Assembly (NCBI GenBank): GCA_012295275.1
Contig: CM022669.1
Coordinates: 2,480,001-2,544,000 of the forward strand
Length of the DNA: 64,000 bases
DNA from: Chrysomallon squamiferum
Lineage: Eukaryota; Animalia; Mollusca
Direction of reading: 5' to 3'
Shown here in pieces: positions 12,652 to 39,325 of the stretch. The notes under the pieces were generated by a model. The model ran no database searches and was not told the origin of the DNA. It was given only the letters and a program-made list of their open reading frames with translations. Each line of letters starts with the position of its first letter. The stretch's first letter is position 1. A program made the translations under genes and the position numbers.

Positions 12652-13614
12652 GGCTGTCTTTTTGGTGATGTCTTGTCGTTTCCAAATCCTACTGTAACTG
12701 AGCCTGAATTATTCACAAACGCCTTTCAAGTTTTAGGAGATATTCAAAAGTGATTAAATATTTTATGCGGTCTTTGACTTGCAAATTCAGTTTATCTCGG
12801 TGGGGGTCTGCTGAAGCCAAACTGACACATACTGCAGGGAAAGTCATTTTACTGTCCTAAAAGTGAATTCGTTCCGGTATTAAATCCGCAATAACCAAAA
12901 ATAAACGATTGGGGAATCTACGTTTATAACGGGAGTGTCCTGCGAAAATATTTTATTTATAGTCTTCAGATATTTATATTTGTTAAAAGTCTGTGTCTGT
13001 TATTTCCAAGAATAAATGAATGAATGAATGAATGAGAATGCAAGTCAAAAACAAAGAAAAGAGCAAAACAGGTAAATAAAGAAACCAAGACATTCATTCA
13101 TTTAATCATTCGAGAAGTTAGTTTGAATATTTATTCTTTAACAGAAACACATCTTTCGGGTTATTAAAACATAAGGAAAGATCAAAATGTTTTTTTTCTT
13201 TTTTAGGAAATGATATAATCCAGTTTCAAAAAGATTAACCTGCGTTAGTTTTTTCACTAATACACGTAACTTTTGTGCTGGTTACATTTTTCAAACACAG
13301 ACGCCTGAAACCACTTGTGGTTTTAAACGTAAATATAAGAAAATAAAACTGTAAAGTACAAGTATTCACTTTCTGGAATAGTCTGTTCAGTTTGTGTGCT
13401 CATCTCATAATAAATTCGGAAAAAGCTTCACTTTAAACCTTTATTACATAATATATTCAGATTGATTTGTTTTATATTGTCTCATAATGTTATAACTGTG
13501 ACCTATGACGTTTTATTTATTACATTATCGTGATCTATTCAGTGATAAATGCAGCAAGCAGGCAAAACAAACTGACGATATAGTTAGCGGATTAAATAAT
13601 ATAGATTTTTTATT

Positions 13615-13930
13615 TACGTATATATGTATGTATGTGTGTCTTGTGTGTGTGTATGCATATATGCATGTATGTATATGTGTGTTTGTATATATATATATAT
13701 GTATGCATGTATGTGTGTATGTATGTGTGTATGTAGGTAGGTATGTAGGTATGTATTTATGCATGTGTCTGCCTCTCTGTCTATCTGTCTGTCTATTTGT
13801 CTGTCTGTATGTATGCGTGTGTGTTTGTTTATAGAGATATATAAGTAGCAATGCATGTCGGAAGGCAGATAGATAGATAGACAGACATTCAGACGAACAC
13901 ATACTGATCTACACAAATAAACAGACAAAC
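13615..13930. repeat. (TG/TATG/TCTG) compound microsatellite
   Basis: Direct reading. Confidence 0.85.
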
Positions 13931-14379
13931 AGATCCCACTGATATTTATACAGCATGTTACGAGTTTAGAAGGTCAGTTCACGGTAGTTTGTTTCAATAT
14001 TAATCGTTCTAAAGCAGTAAATAAATAGCAAATAAATAAACCGTGGATAACGTATCCATATAACTAAACTACTGGAGAGTGCGACACTTTGTTCATGTCC
14101 ATTAGTCATGATTATAAAGAATCAAACAGTAATAAAGCCGTATCGTGTCACTGTGCCACGAAGCGACTTTGTATTAAATTTACAACATTAATGTGACTGT
14201 CAATTCTAAGACGCTGCAAATAAAATAAAAAAGTCAAAAATCGTTTGTGCTTGCCAGAATATAGCGTACAAAGAACAGTTATAAGTTCTGAATATAGAAC
14301 CGTTTAGTTTAATTCTAAATTTAGATATATTTTCAAAGAACAAATTATTATTATTATTATATTTTCATTTGATAATATT

Positions 14380-14705
14380 AATGATAGTAGTGGTTGAAGT
14401 AGTAGCCTTTGGACTAAATCTCCTAGGAGTAATGGTAGCAGCAATAACGGTAGTAGTTGCAGCAGTAGTAATAGTAATAATAATAGAAATAATAGTAGTA
14501 GTGGTAGTAATAATAATAGAAATAATAGTAGTAGTGGTGGTAATAATAATAATAATAGTGGTAGAATTAATAGTAGTAATAGTAGTCGCAGTATAAGCAC
14601 TAGGAGGAATAGAAGTAGTCGTAGCAAAAGTATAGCCTACTATTTAAAGTAGAAGTATCAGAAACAGTAGTAGATACTAGTAGTAGTAGTAGTAGTAGTA
14701 GCAGC

Positions 14706-14737
<32 letters not shown>

Positions 14738-14841
14738 ATACTAGTTGTAGCAGTAGTAGTGGTAGTAGCAGCAGTAGTAGTAGTAGTAGTAGTAGATACT
14801 AGTAGTAGCAGTGGTAGTAGTAGCAGTAGTAGATACTAGTA

Positions 14842-14872
<31 letters not shown>

Positions 14873-14980
14873 CAGTAGTAGATACTAGTAGTAGCAGTAG
14901 TAGTAGTAGTAGTAGTAGTAGTAGACTAGTAGTAGTAGTTGTAATAGCAGTAGAAGCAGCAGTTGCAGTAGTGGTAGTAA
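14380..14980. repeat. (AGT)n/(AAT)n trinucleotide tract with recurrent AGATACTAG interruptions
   Basis: Direct reading. Confidence 0.92.
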
Positions 14981-15574
14981 TTATTGGTTGTTGCCGGTAC
15001 TGTTACAATCTGTTATAATTATCATCTATGAACTGTAAACTAGAACGTGCTGAAAACCAAGAGTTAAATGAGATTTAGAGAAAAGCTGTTCTAAATACGT
15101 TTTATTACCTTCACTGCATGCTGCACTTGCTGATAACTTTCATTTCTTTGGCAGTAAATTCTTGAAAACAAGGAAGAGAATTTCTTTTGTGAATTCATCT
15201 ATATCTTATTACCAGCGGTTTTTTTTTATTGTTGTTTATTTATTAGTTTGTGTTTGTTTTTCGGGAGGATTTTCTCTCTTTTCATTTTTTTTTTTTTTTT
15301 TTTTTTATTATTTTTGTTTGGTTGGTTATTTGCTTGTTTGTTGCTGTTGGGTTTTTTTTTTGAGTTTTTTATTCCCTTGAAGGTATTTTTATTTATTTAT
15401 TATTTTTTTTTTTTTTTTTTTAATTAAAATAACAATGTCGAATAAAAAATATATATATTAAATAAGAAAGTAAGTAAATAAATAAATAAAAATTAGGTAA
15501 ACTATATACTTTATTTTATTATTATTATTACACACTCAAAATTTATTAATAGAGATTGAATAAACGAAAAACGA

Positions 15575-15599
15575 TGACGTCAACAAAGTTTTGACGTCA
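15575..15599. promoter_or_regulatory. Paired palindromic CRE (TGACGTCA) sites
   Basis: Perfect TGACGTCA at 15575-15582 and 15592-15599 in CpG-poor intergenic DNA. Confidence 0.45.
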
Positions 15600-18500
15600 C
15601 GACATGCGGGTTTTTTTCCCCCACTTTGGTCGTATGGAAGTTGAAGTGATTGTTAGGTGAGCTAGACTGTTAACTACAGTTTGTATGTACTTGAATTTTT
15701 TGGGGTGTATACAGTCATTTATAAATTGTTAATAACTATTAATAAGTATATTAAAAACAAATTATGACTATAACATAACGTTTTGAATGCGATTCGGAAT
15801 GTGAAGTTTTAACATCACGGTGATAATCACGAGGTGAACAAAGTTAGTTATTGCTCTGTCTTTTAATTTCCTGCCTGTCATTTAGTTTTACTTCTTTTAT
15901 ACTCAGAATGCACAAAAGTTTTAGATTTTAGTAATTGATGTTACTAAGATAAACTGGGATTTGCAGAAATTTATCACAGTGTAATTATTATTTTTGACGA
16001 ATTATTTGTTATTCTGTTTACTGGTAAAACAAAAGTCGTGGTTTACTAAGTTGAAATCTAAACTGGCTACTAACATTCCTCATCTAAAGTTTGTCAAGTA
16101 AATTTAAAGTACAAGATCAGAAAGTAGTAAGAAGTAAGGGGTGTCTCTAAAGTCACTAACGTTATCGAAACATAACTTGGATTACGAGAAACAGTTTAAG
16201 ACAAAAAATATATATTTATTTCAAAGTATGTGCGCAAAGAATTAGTATTTATAAATATTCTGTACACTAACCGGCACTAAACGTGCATATCTTTACGGAT
16301 TAGCATCTAGTGAAAAAATCCAATGTCGCCAAGATTTTGATTTTCTGAGACAATCTGTGCATAAATACGATATTTTTATGAATCTTTAGACTTCTTATAT
16401 AAACTGTACAGAGAAAGTATAATAGTCAGTCATCTGTCAAAAGACTCTCTCTCTCTCACACAAACAAACAAAAATGCTGTCTATTCGTCTCTCCGTCTTC
16501 CTATCTGTCCAAATGTCTGTCTGCATCTCTATACATCAGTCTGTCTGTCTGTCTGCATCTCTACACATCAGTCTGCATATCTACCTATCTATAAAGTATG
16601 AAAAACCAAAACCACGTCAAAGTATTTCACCAATGTGTAAGAATTTTACGTGTTTGTTTTATAAACTGCTGAGTCATATACAAAGATTTTATTCCCTACT
16701 AACATTCCACCTCGCTCTTTTAGTTCACCTGTCAAACTGCTTCTTTAGATCTGAGGTAATATTTTAAATTGTTCTACATTATTTCATAGCAAATACATTA
16801 TTTGAATGTAGAAAAGCTATAGTAACGATGAATAATATAAAAGGCCCGAACAAAGAGAATGATTTAGAAACTTTTATCTTCGAGAACCCGCGATGATCGA
16901 AAATGTTTGTTTTTTTGTTGTTGTTTTTTGATAGATCTAAAAGAAAATAAACAGTAAATTAAAATCCGAGCAGACCAAGTTTTAAACAGTCCAAAAATAT
17001 ATTTCTGTACTTCTTACTTTCTTTTTAACTTAAGTAATAATAATAGTAAAATAATACCAGTAATGCAGTCCTTTTATAATTAATATTATCTTTAACGGAC
17101 GATAATGGGTTTATTGAAAAAATTAAATGATTTAACGGTTTATTAACTGAATATGGTTATTGTGTAGATACTGAAAGTATTATTTTGTTCCCTGTCAATG
17201 TCAGATAGTCTGAACAAATATGAAGATCTAGAAACACTTTTTTTTTTTTCAAGCCAGCATTTTATCAAGCAGCAGTAAATCATTAACAGTAAAAATAACA
17301 ATTAGAAAAACAAAAACAAGGCGAAGAACAACCACACCAACAGAAATAGAAGCAATAAAAAGGTATTAATAATAACAACAACAACAACATCATCAACAAC
17401 AGCAACTAAAATAATAATATTAAAAACAGAAGCAGTAAGAATAACAACAGAAACAACAGTATCACCAACTACAACAACAGTAATAATAACGAGCAAGAAT
17501 AACCATTATAACAAGAGTAACAATAATAAACAACAACAAAATACAGCAGTATAATAAAGCGACAATAACAATAAAAATAACAAAACAAATCGATGTATTC
17601 CATCGGAGTTGAGATTAAAAATAATTTTGAAAAAGCATAAAATTTTATTTCATAAATATTATTACATATTATTTATAATTATTCATTCGATTATTGTAGA
17701 ATATAATTTGTAATTTTGTGCAGGCAGATATATGAGAAAACCGAAGAAAAACAGCGAACACTGACGAATATACGCGAACATTAACGAATCTCTTCAAACA
17801 CTGACGAACACTGGAACACAGACAAAATTCATACAACTTGTTTTTCCAATTCCACTAAAATAACTCGCAGCGGGTTAAATTTTCCAAATCTATTACAGCT
17901 CTTGAAAAAATCCGTTATTCAATATCCTTGATCTGTGATATTCTTGCCTTGTAAAATTAGATTTAATAACTGTTGACGAACAATTGCGAATAATTGCAAA
18001 AATTATAATTGTTTGCATCACGACTAAATGTTTTATAATCCATTATTATTAGTAGTAAGCTCATTAATTGTGATTTCTTTTTCTTTTTTCTTTTTCGTAT
18101 TCTTTTTTCACTATCTTTTATATTATTTTATCATTATCAGAATGCAATAATATAATTACTAATCAAACGTAGATAACACGGACAAAGATTACGAACACTG
18201 CCGAAATATGGCGAACAACTGCGAATAATTATATTTGCGAGCCACAGATGAAGAGAAGTCTCAGTATCTTTTTCTAAACCATTATAATTATTGGCAGTGA
18301 GTATTATTTTTCGATGACCGCCAGGACAATTATTAATAATGAGTATAGTTTTCCAGTTTCACTTTAATGTTGAAAACCAGATATTTTCCATTTTGATTAG
18401 TTATTTCTTGAATCCACTTACGATGGTTATTCAAAAATTGTATTGTTTTTCTAACTGTAATATAACTATTTGAAATGAATATTGTTCTCCAGTTCTGTGG

Positions 18501-18796
18501 ACAATGAATATGGATTTCCATTTCCATTAAAATTATTGGAAATGTTTAAAAATTAATATTGTTGTTCAATTCCTATGAAGTTACTAGAAATTCATATTAT
18601 TTCCCAAATACATTGATTTTATTGGAAATGAGTATTATTTTCCACTTCTATGAGTATGGTTTTCCAAATCCATTAAAATTTCGGGATGTTATAAATAAAC
18701 AATGATAATTTCCAAATCACTGTAAGTACTGGAATTACAATTATTTTTCAGTTACTTTGTAATTAGTGGAAATAAGTGAACTGAGTTGTAAACTGG

Positions 18797-30896
<12,100 letters not shown>

Positions 30897-31216
30897 ATCT
30901 GTGTTGGTATCTGAGAATAGTATCACGGCATCGTACAAGCTCGGTAGTTTGAAACACACTGACAGGTAAGATCAGCTTCCACTCGAGCCGCCCTACATGG
31001 AGATCGTATCGTTTGGTCTCACACATGTTCGGGAGATGTCGGTACATTCCGGAATTTACCGAATGTTTTTTTTTGTCTAAAGATTTATTTGGTTGAAACT
31101 GCAACGCTATCTTAATTTATAATTTTATTTTCTTACCGAAAGAATTCATTAAGTTATTACTTTTCGGGATCATAAATTAGACAACTTGTTCTCAAGGAAT
31201 TGCGCTACGTAGCTCG

Positions 31217-31269
<53 letters not shown>

Positions 31270-31521
31270 CGTTGAATAAGTGGATAGATATTTTTTTTTC
31301 TTCTTCTTCTTATATTTTATTGTTTAAGTCGATGCTTTGAGAAAACTAAATGATGAAACCGAAGCTACAAAAAGCTAGTTCACAACACTGACATAATAAG
31401 ATCAGTAAAATTCAATATCGTTGTGAACATCTGTACAAATGAGATGCCACATAAACTTGTAATCAGATTATCAAGTTTTTAGAATTAAAAATGCACTACG
31501 TTGTTGTTCTTGGGTCGAACT

Positions 31522-31800
31522 TTCGCTCAGCGGTTAGAATGTATGAGTGAATTTCATTTCAGCAAGTGCTCTACGACTTAGTTAGCAAAGATCATGTAAA
31601 TGTTATAGTGTCTATGAGAAGGTGAATTTTAAACATTACTAGCTGCTAATCATAAGTCGCCGATAATCATACAGAGAAGAAAGAAAGAAAAACGAAAAAC
31701 AACTAAAAACCAAAAATAAAAAACCAAAGAACATCATTATATAATCTTTAATATTTAATGTCAGTCAACTCAACGGCGGTAGCGGGTTTCCTCTCTAATA
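31522..31800 (+). mobile_element. Decayed tRNA-derived SINE-like remnant
   Basis: Box-A-like GCTCAGCGGTTAGA head, then a core (CAAAGATCATG..GTCTATGAGAAGGTG..GCTGCTAAT) and GGTAGCGGGTTTCCTCTC resembling mollusc SINE cores as recalled, not verified by search. Weak similarity to 38749-38826 (-) and 53960-54305. Confidence 0.4.
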
Positions 31801-34800
31801 TTAATATCAAAATACATTGTTTCATTTTGAACTTTTATTATGAATGGGTCGAATTCAGATTTCTTAAGAACCTGCCAAATAATATTCTTTATACTTGTTC
31901 CAGCCATTCCTTATTTTGAACTAAAAATAACTAATAAATAAATAAATAAAAATACTGTTACGATAGATATTTTTTTTAATTATTTTTATTATTTATATTT
32001 TTTTCTCTGTGTGATGCAATTATTTAATGAATTTATAAAATTATTTATGCATGCGACAAATACGTATAAAAATAACAGTCGGAGAAAGTATAAGATATAT
32101 GAATACGATTAAATAAACGTCAGGCATGCCTAAATATTATTCGTGCTTTCAGTCCGACTATTTTTGAAGAGTACAAAGCACGCGCCCACACGCAGACGAA
32201 CACACATACAGTTTTTTCTGTATTAGTCACTTAGCAGGTTTTGGGATGTGTAAATCTATCTAATATATTAGATACAGTGAAACCAAGTTTGTGTAATACC
32301 TACATCATTTTACTAAATTAAACTCCATTATGAACATATTAAACTGCTGTCTCGAGTAATTAGCCCCTACATTGCTATATTATATAACTGCCAAAATACC
32401 TTCTGAAGAATGTAAGACAGGCAATAAATCTTGAAACATATTACAAACTGTTGTTTTGTTTTAATATGAATAAAACAAAGGTAATTTACGAGTAATAATG
32501 ATTAAAAATAATGATGATAATAATGATGATGATGATGATGACGATGTGAATACTATATAAATGCTATATAAATGTAAATACTAATAATAATAATAAGAAG
32601 AAGAAGAAGAAGAAGAAGAAGATGCAGGAGGAGAAGAAGATGATGATGGTGATGAAGAATAACAAGAACTTTATGACCCAGTTTTGTGTATTGATCTTAA
32701 AAGTAAAACCTGTATGTAAATCAATGAATAACTGCACACAGTGTGTTAGTAAAATACGAGACAGACAACATTCACCAGTAACATCGGCAAAGTTCAGTTA
32801 AATAATACATAATCTTTAGACCATCCTATGTATTTCATTATAAGATTTTCCTTTTTAAAATATTTAACTTCTTTTTTTTTTCTGTTCGCAATGACAATGG
32901 ATCAGATAAATAACATAAACATTATCAAATACGACAGTTAAATAATTTTTACATTTTCCATTTAATCAGAATGTTTAATTACTATACGATGTCTAAAATA
33001 CCACAGATAAACCATTAAATGACAATGAAATGAAATAACAGTATTTTAGGAACTAATCTCAAAAATTTTCGTTTTATCTGAAATAATTCTATTTAATGTC
33101 AATCTGTTTTATGAACTGACCAAAAAATAATAACAATAATAATAATAAAAACATTTAAATTAATTGTAACATTTTATCATTTGACCAGTATCTTTATACA
33201 AATAAAACAGTCTCAACTATCGTGCATTATCCATATTAAAATAATTATTATCAATTAAATTAGTGTATCATATAAAAAAAAAAAAAAAAAAAATAAATTA
33301 GATAATAATTTTGGTATTTTTCCTTATTCCGGGTAATCAAAATGTTTAAAATAGCAGATAATCTGTATAACATATCCTAGATAACTAATTTTCTTATACT
33401 TTTTCTTTTTAACGGCAGAAGTTATCATCACTACAAACACGTTTTACTGAGCAGGGATAAGGAAAAGACTTATTTCGAAATGCATGATTACGCAAACGAA
33501 ACATTCGTCTGTTTAGAGATACCAATATCTGAAACTGGAGCTAATGTGCTGGCAGTGTTAGGTCATAAGAGGCAGCTGAGGTTGACAGAGACAAGTCGTG
33601 GCAAGTGCTGTCAAGGTTAGGGTTATTTTGTGTCAGAGCAACTTTCTTAGTCAATTGTAAGTGAATAAATAGCACATTAAATCCTTTATATTTAGGTTTA
33701 CTGTTACAATTAGTGGTTATTAATTTCACCTGGTGACTGATAATTCTTTAAAATATAGCAGGTGACAGTTTAAAAAAACACACAAAAAAACAACACAACA
33801 CTGAACTAAACATATGGATTACCTACTGTATGCGTGCGTGCGTGCATGCGTTCATACCTATCTATGTGTGTATATCTGTATTCATGTGCACGGGAGACAG
33901 AAGGTGGGAGCGAGATAATGTTTTTTCAAACAATACTTTATCAGAGTGTTTAAAAGGTAACCATAAAAAAAATGCTGTTATATAATTAATATCTGTAAAA
34001 GATTACAAAACTGACACAGCTTCCAAGTACATTAAACATCATGTTGTTGTTGGGTTTTTTCCTCCTTCTAAAGATGCCAGTGCATATAGTAATTGTCTTA
34101 GACTTCAGTATGAGCATTTCTAACATTCTTGTCGAGATTAAAACGAAATCCTTGGATAGATTCCAGTTGAAAGAGAGTAACTGCCTTTCCACACTGGTTA
34201 ATTAGGCTGTCAGTGGTCAGTCAGTTTATTCTGTGCACTTACAATTATCTGTTCAAACACGTTTTTACTGCACTGTTCTGTATCGTACAGTGATCTCTTC
34301 ATATTGCATATTTCAGTCATCTGAATCACTATGGTAGATTTCACTGTTTCCATTAAGTCCTATAACTGAGTATTTCAGTCTTATATCTTGGAGCTAGTGT
34401 CGTAGTGTCATACAGTTTGGTATATTTTAAGTCCTATATTTCAGCATTTTAATGTTAAATCCTACAGCTTCTTAATACTATTGTTCCATCCCATGTTTGA
34501 GTGATATCTGCCACTAAAATTATTACTCAGCAAGTATTTTCAATCAAAGATATCTGGATAATAATAATAATAATAAATAATAATAATAATAATAATAATA
34601 ATAATTAATTCACATATAGGAAGAATAATAAAACACATTTTAAAATTTTATGAATTATACAATGAATAAATAATGATGTAACATTTACGGATTCTCTTTA
34701 TCATTAACGAATGACAAAAAGATAAAAAGATAAAAAATAAAAAATTGTTAAAATACTAGTAAAATAGTCAAACAATACAAACTAAATGAGGAAATGACAC

Positions 34801-37643
34801 ATTTATAACATTTCACGTTATTACATTATTTCCATGATCGGTTTGCAGTAAACCCACTGGGGTTTTGGTTACTATAATTAACAAATCTTATGCTGGGTCA
34901 TTTTAATGGCTTCCTTTTACAAATTACATCTGCCTTGGACAATCCTGTCTGACTGAGTCTGAGATTATATCCAGTACAAGCTTGCTTGAACACGTATCAG
35001 ATAGCAGATTGTTAAAACATTACCTAACCAAAATACTGACAAAGAAAAAACAAACAGCTTAGTGTTCCTGTCATTAGTTTTTCCTGTCCATTAAAAAAAA
35101 AGATATATAATTCTAAATATGCTATTTTATAGCAAAAAAAAAATCTTTTCCTCAAAAATACTTTATAACAATACTTCCTAATTAATATCTGTGATCAAAT
35201 TTAATAATTTACTTATGCAATTGTGTTTTTGAAAAAATTTATCAAAACATTTTTTAATTATTCTTCAGACTCTTTTTATCATTATATTAATTAAAATGAA
35301 CGCCCAAACACATTTAACTTTTTGACAAAAATTAAATAAATAAATAATAATTTCAAGCAGATAATTCACTCCCTAAAACATTCCAGTTGTATTTATTTTT
35401 TTGCCATTAATTTAGTTTATAACTATCTAAATGCATGAAAACGCAGTGAAAAATACAGACACTGCAAAAGCAACCACACCCAGAAAATCAAGATAACAAA
35501 TATGATAAAATCCAAAACAAAGTGAACTTGTAAAACAGAGAACAAAAATGAATTATGCTATGATTATAAATGATGCACAGAATATTATGACCAATATCAC
35601 ATACATCCACAGTAATAAATTAGTAACAAAAAAAAACCCATTAAAAATAAACGTGTAATACTGAAAAACTGTTATTAAATAATATAAACTAGAATTAATG
35701 CAAAATGGTTACTCGTGTAAATGTTTGCCATAAATTAATGGCCTCCTGCTGCCAAAAACAAGTGGATTTTCTTTTGGTCTATGATTGCACTTAATCTAGT
35801 GATTAACAAATGAGATTCAAATTTATTATTAATTTGTTTTCTCCTTTGTTGTGTATATATTGCCAAATGTCTAGGAATTGTAAATGTGGAAAGCTTCAAA
35901 AAGGAATCTGGGGAGTTTTCTCAAAATTTACAAATTCTACATTTTTAAAAATTTTGGAAGTTATTATCTGTCATTATTTGGTGTCATACACAACAAAACT
36001 TTCGTTTAATTTTAATCTGCTTATTTGATTCTCAATGAGATCATTGATAAAAATACAAGTGCCTATTCCAACAGAAACTGGTTTTAGGTTCAGTTCAGAA
36101 CAATGTACACATTATATACTGGTACTTATAAATTTAATATTTTGGGAAATATAATCAAACCTTATTCTATCTTAACATCTTACTTACTAAACAAAATGTA
36201 AAATGTAAAATCATTAAAATATGGTCAGATACTAGCTGAATATTAAAGTAAGTATTTATTGTACAGATGTGCTTTCATTCTGAGTTTGTGTGTGCCCAGT
36301 GGGCAGTTTACCAAACCAATCTATCCAAATACCTTGACAATTACAACCTTCTTTATGCTTTCATTGCTACTACATCAGTAACAGTAGCTATACAGTGTCA
36401 GCTGTGGGTTTCACATCCGATAACAATCACTACACAAACACAGGACTGAGTAAAATGTATAACCATTAGTTTTAAGATGTACCATTAAATATTCATTAAT
36501 TTTAAGTGAATTCCAAGTTATGATGTTTCACGTTTCTAGTCAAACTGGTATAAATTGAGTAGTATGAGAAAAGATATTTACCAAACTGACATGTGCAGAC
36601 ATAACAGAATGCATTTTAAAAATAAAACTTGTCTTCTCAACACTGTGTACAGAACACTACACAAAGATTCTTACAATTCAGCCATTTAAAAGTTTAGTCA
36701 GCTCCAAAACAGGTGAACAGACTCACGTATACATAATTATATTGAGAGCTGTATAGACTCTACATGATACTCTTATCAATATCCATTTCTATCCATTTCA
36801 AAAAGAAAATTCCCCAAAATTCTAAGTGAACATTTTCTAACAGTTGAAGGAAATTCCCTTTCTTTTACAAACTTAATCTGGAGTATTTGTTTTGGTACAA
36901 AACCACACTTACAACTGTAATACAAAAATATTTATACAGAAAAATCCACACAAAAACTACAACTAAAACGAAACAAAAAACGTTTACAAAGAAAAATTTG
37001 ACATTTTACAAATCATTTCATCATAATCAATATATCTGAAATATTCAAAACATGCAAATTGAAAATCTAACACAGAAAAATTAGCACCACATCAATAATA
37101 ACATTAAAAATGAAAACCAGAGAATTAATGTAATATACAAATATTAAAATTCTTTAAATAAAAACTATTTATATACAGTTCTTTTTACATAAGGAAAATG
37201 TACTTCCTAAATTAGCCAGATCAACTGAATAATGATAAAATTTTTACTTTATGATCCTAAAACTGGTTATTCATTTTCATGTCTTTACACCTCACAATTA
37301 ATGGTAAGATATAATTTAATTTTCTGCTTCATGTTTCAATTAGAATACAATCACTGATAAATATACAAATGTACTTTAACACAGAAATTGTTTCTTTCAG
37401 TGTAGAATAAAAAACAAATAAATACTGATATTAAAAAGAAATGACAAACATTAAGTGATTAAACTCTTGTAACTACTAGCTGATCATATTTAGAGTGCAA
37501 AATGAACAAAATGATGCACTGAACATAATGGACAATAGCACTATTACATAAAGTTTTATAATCCACAATACGTTACAACAATGAATTTTTGATCTGTAGC
37601 TCAGAAATAAAAATTTATATTTGTGCATGTGTTTATGTCTATG

Positions 37644-37646
<3 letters not shown>

Positions 37647-37712
<66 letters not shown>
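37647..37712. repeat. (AG)n microsatellite
   Basis: Direct reading. Confidence 0.95.
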
Positions 37713-37714
<2 letters not shown>

Positions 37715-38169
37715 AGATAAGTAGAAAAAAAAGAGTGTATGTTATAGTTTTGACTGGATAAAAAAATTATTCTTAGAAAAAAAAAGGAAGTGATATGTCA
37801 AAATTTTAGATGATATAATATTGCATAATTATTAAAATTTTTGTGACCAAAAAGGCTTTACATTAAAAAAAAAAATCAATTAAAAATGATTATAATCAAT
37901 TCCTTATTCATCAATTATCATTTTTAATCACAGTTTATTTATTTTAGTAACTTATTTAACTTAAAAGTAAAAAAACAAAATGTGTAGTTTGCTCATACCC
38001 CCATAAACAGGCACATTTGGGCATTTTGCATAAAACTTTGAACTGAATTGCATATAGATATAAAAGCAAAAAAGCCCACAATTCATTGTTGATTTCATAT
38101 TTTTAAATACTAAAATGATTTACCATGTCCACTGTCTAAAAAGGCACTCCAAACTGAGTCCAAAGATTT

Positions 38170-38200
<31 letters not shown>

Positions 38201-38405
38201 GACTTATTTAATGTTAAAAAAAAAACAAAGTGGCTTAATATGGCAAATGTTGAAATTTTTAATGCCATGTGCACATAAGACTAGAAATGCAAAAAAAAAA
38301 AAATAATAATCTATAGGAAAATGCCTATCTAAAATATGGCAGGCTTTAAACCTGCCATTAATGCTGTATAAAAAAAAAATCTGCATTTGGAAATGACCCA
38401 AATGT

Positions 38406-39289
38406 TCAGATCTGGTTGATGTGCTGACTGGGTAAAAACGGTTGTCCAAGAATTGGGTTGATTGAGCAAAGCGTCAAGTTCTGGTCCCAGTTGTAAAAGA
38501 TGTAATGTGGTGCAAAATTCATCTCAACTTTTGTATGGTCATTGTCATCCTTTTCAATGATGGCTACTTTTCCAAACACACATTCTTCATAGGTTGGAGG
38601 TGCTAACAAGAACAAAATAAAGTTTTTTATTAAGAAGATGAAATACATATTTTATACAGATAAATACAGATAGGTAGGCAGATAAAGAAATGAATGAATA
38701 AATATCTTAAAAAATCTTTTAAGTAACTGTTAGTGTTAATAATATTAAAGGACCTTTAATGTGATGTGTACCTTCCACAAACAGGAAACACATCCATGGC
38801 CTTTTATAAGCCAGTGGGGCATGGGTAAACTAGTCCAGAAAGAGCACACTAAGCAGTTCTGCTATATATCATCCCTAAACTTACCGTAAAAATTCTGATC
38901 AGAAAATTTCTGCTTAGTGAAAATTAGTACTTACGACAGTCAGACGGTTGACGTGGTATGGTTGCCTCTGTAACATCGGGTGGGGGGTCACCTCCTGCAC
39001 CATCAACAACAGGAAGACTTGCTGCCGAGACTCCAAGAGGTATAGTGCCTATTATAATCTCTTCACAGATTTCAATACTGTCACCATAACAACCACTTGG
39101 CAACAGTTTTATCTGAAGAGAATTAACAAGAAAAAAAAAAAAATAATACACTAGAGATGTTGCACAGATGTATTTATGAACCAGTTAACTTTATGAAATA
39201 AATTCTACAGTTTACTATTTACATATATATGTGTGTGTGTGTGTGTGTATATGTATGTGTGTCTGTGTGTATATATATATATATATGTG

Positions 39290-39325
<36 letters not shown>

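Noticed and set aside
12837-12920. NF-kB-like sites (GGGAAAGTCA, GGGGAATCTA) upstream of the spaetzle-like gene
   Set aside because: Both lack the terminal CC of the kB consensus; matches of this quality are expected by chance.
13505-14627. ORFs rich in CV/HT/poly-L/poly-V
   Set aside because: Microsatellite translations. The same applies to 4262-4617, 19220-19720, 21991-22345, 25210-25514 and 29018-29224.
15816-15833. ChoRE-like CACGGT..CACGAG, and a similar CACGCG..CACGCA at 32179
   Set aside because: Spacers are 6 and 4 nt, not the required 5.
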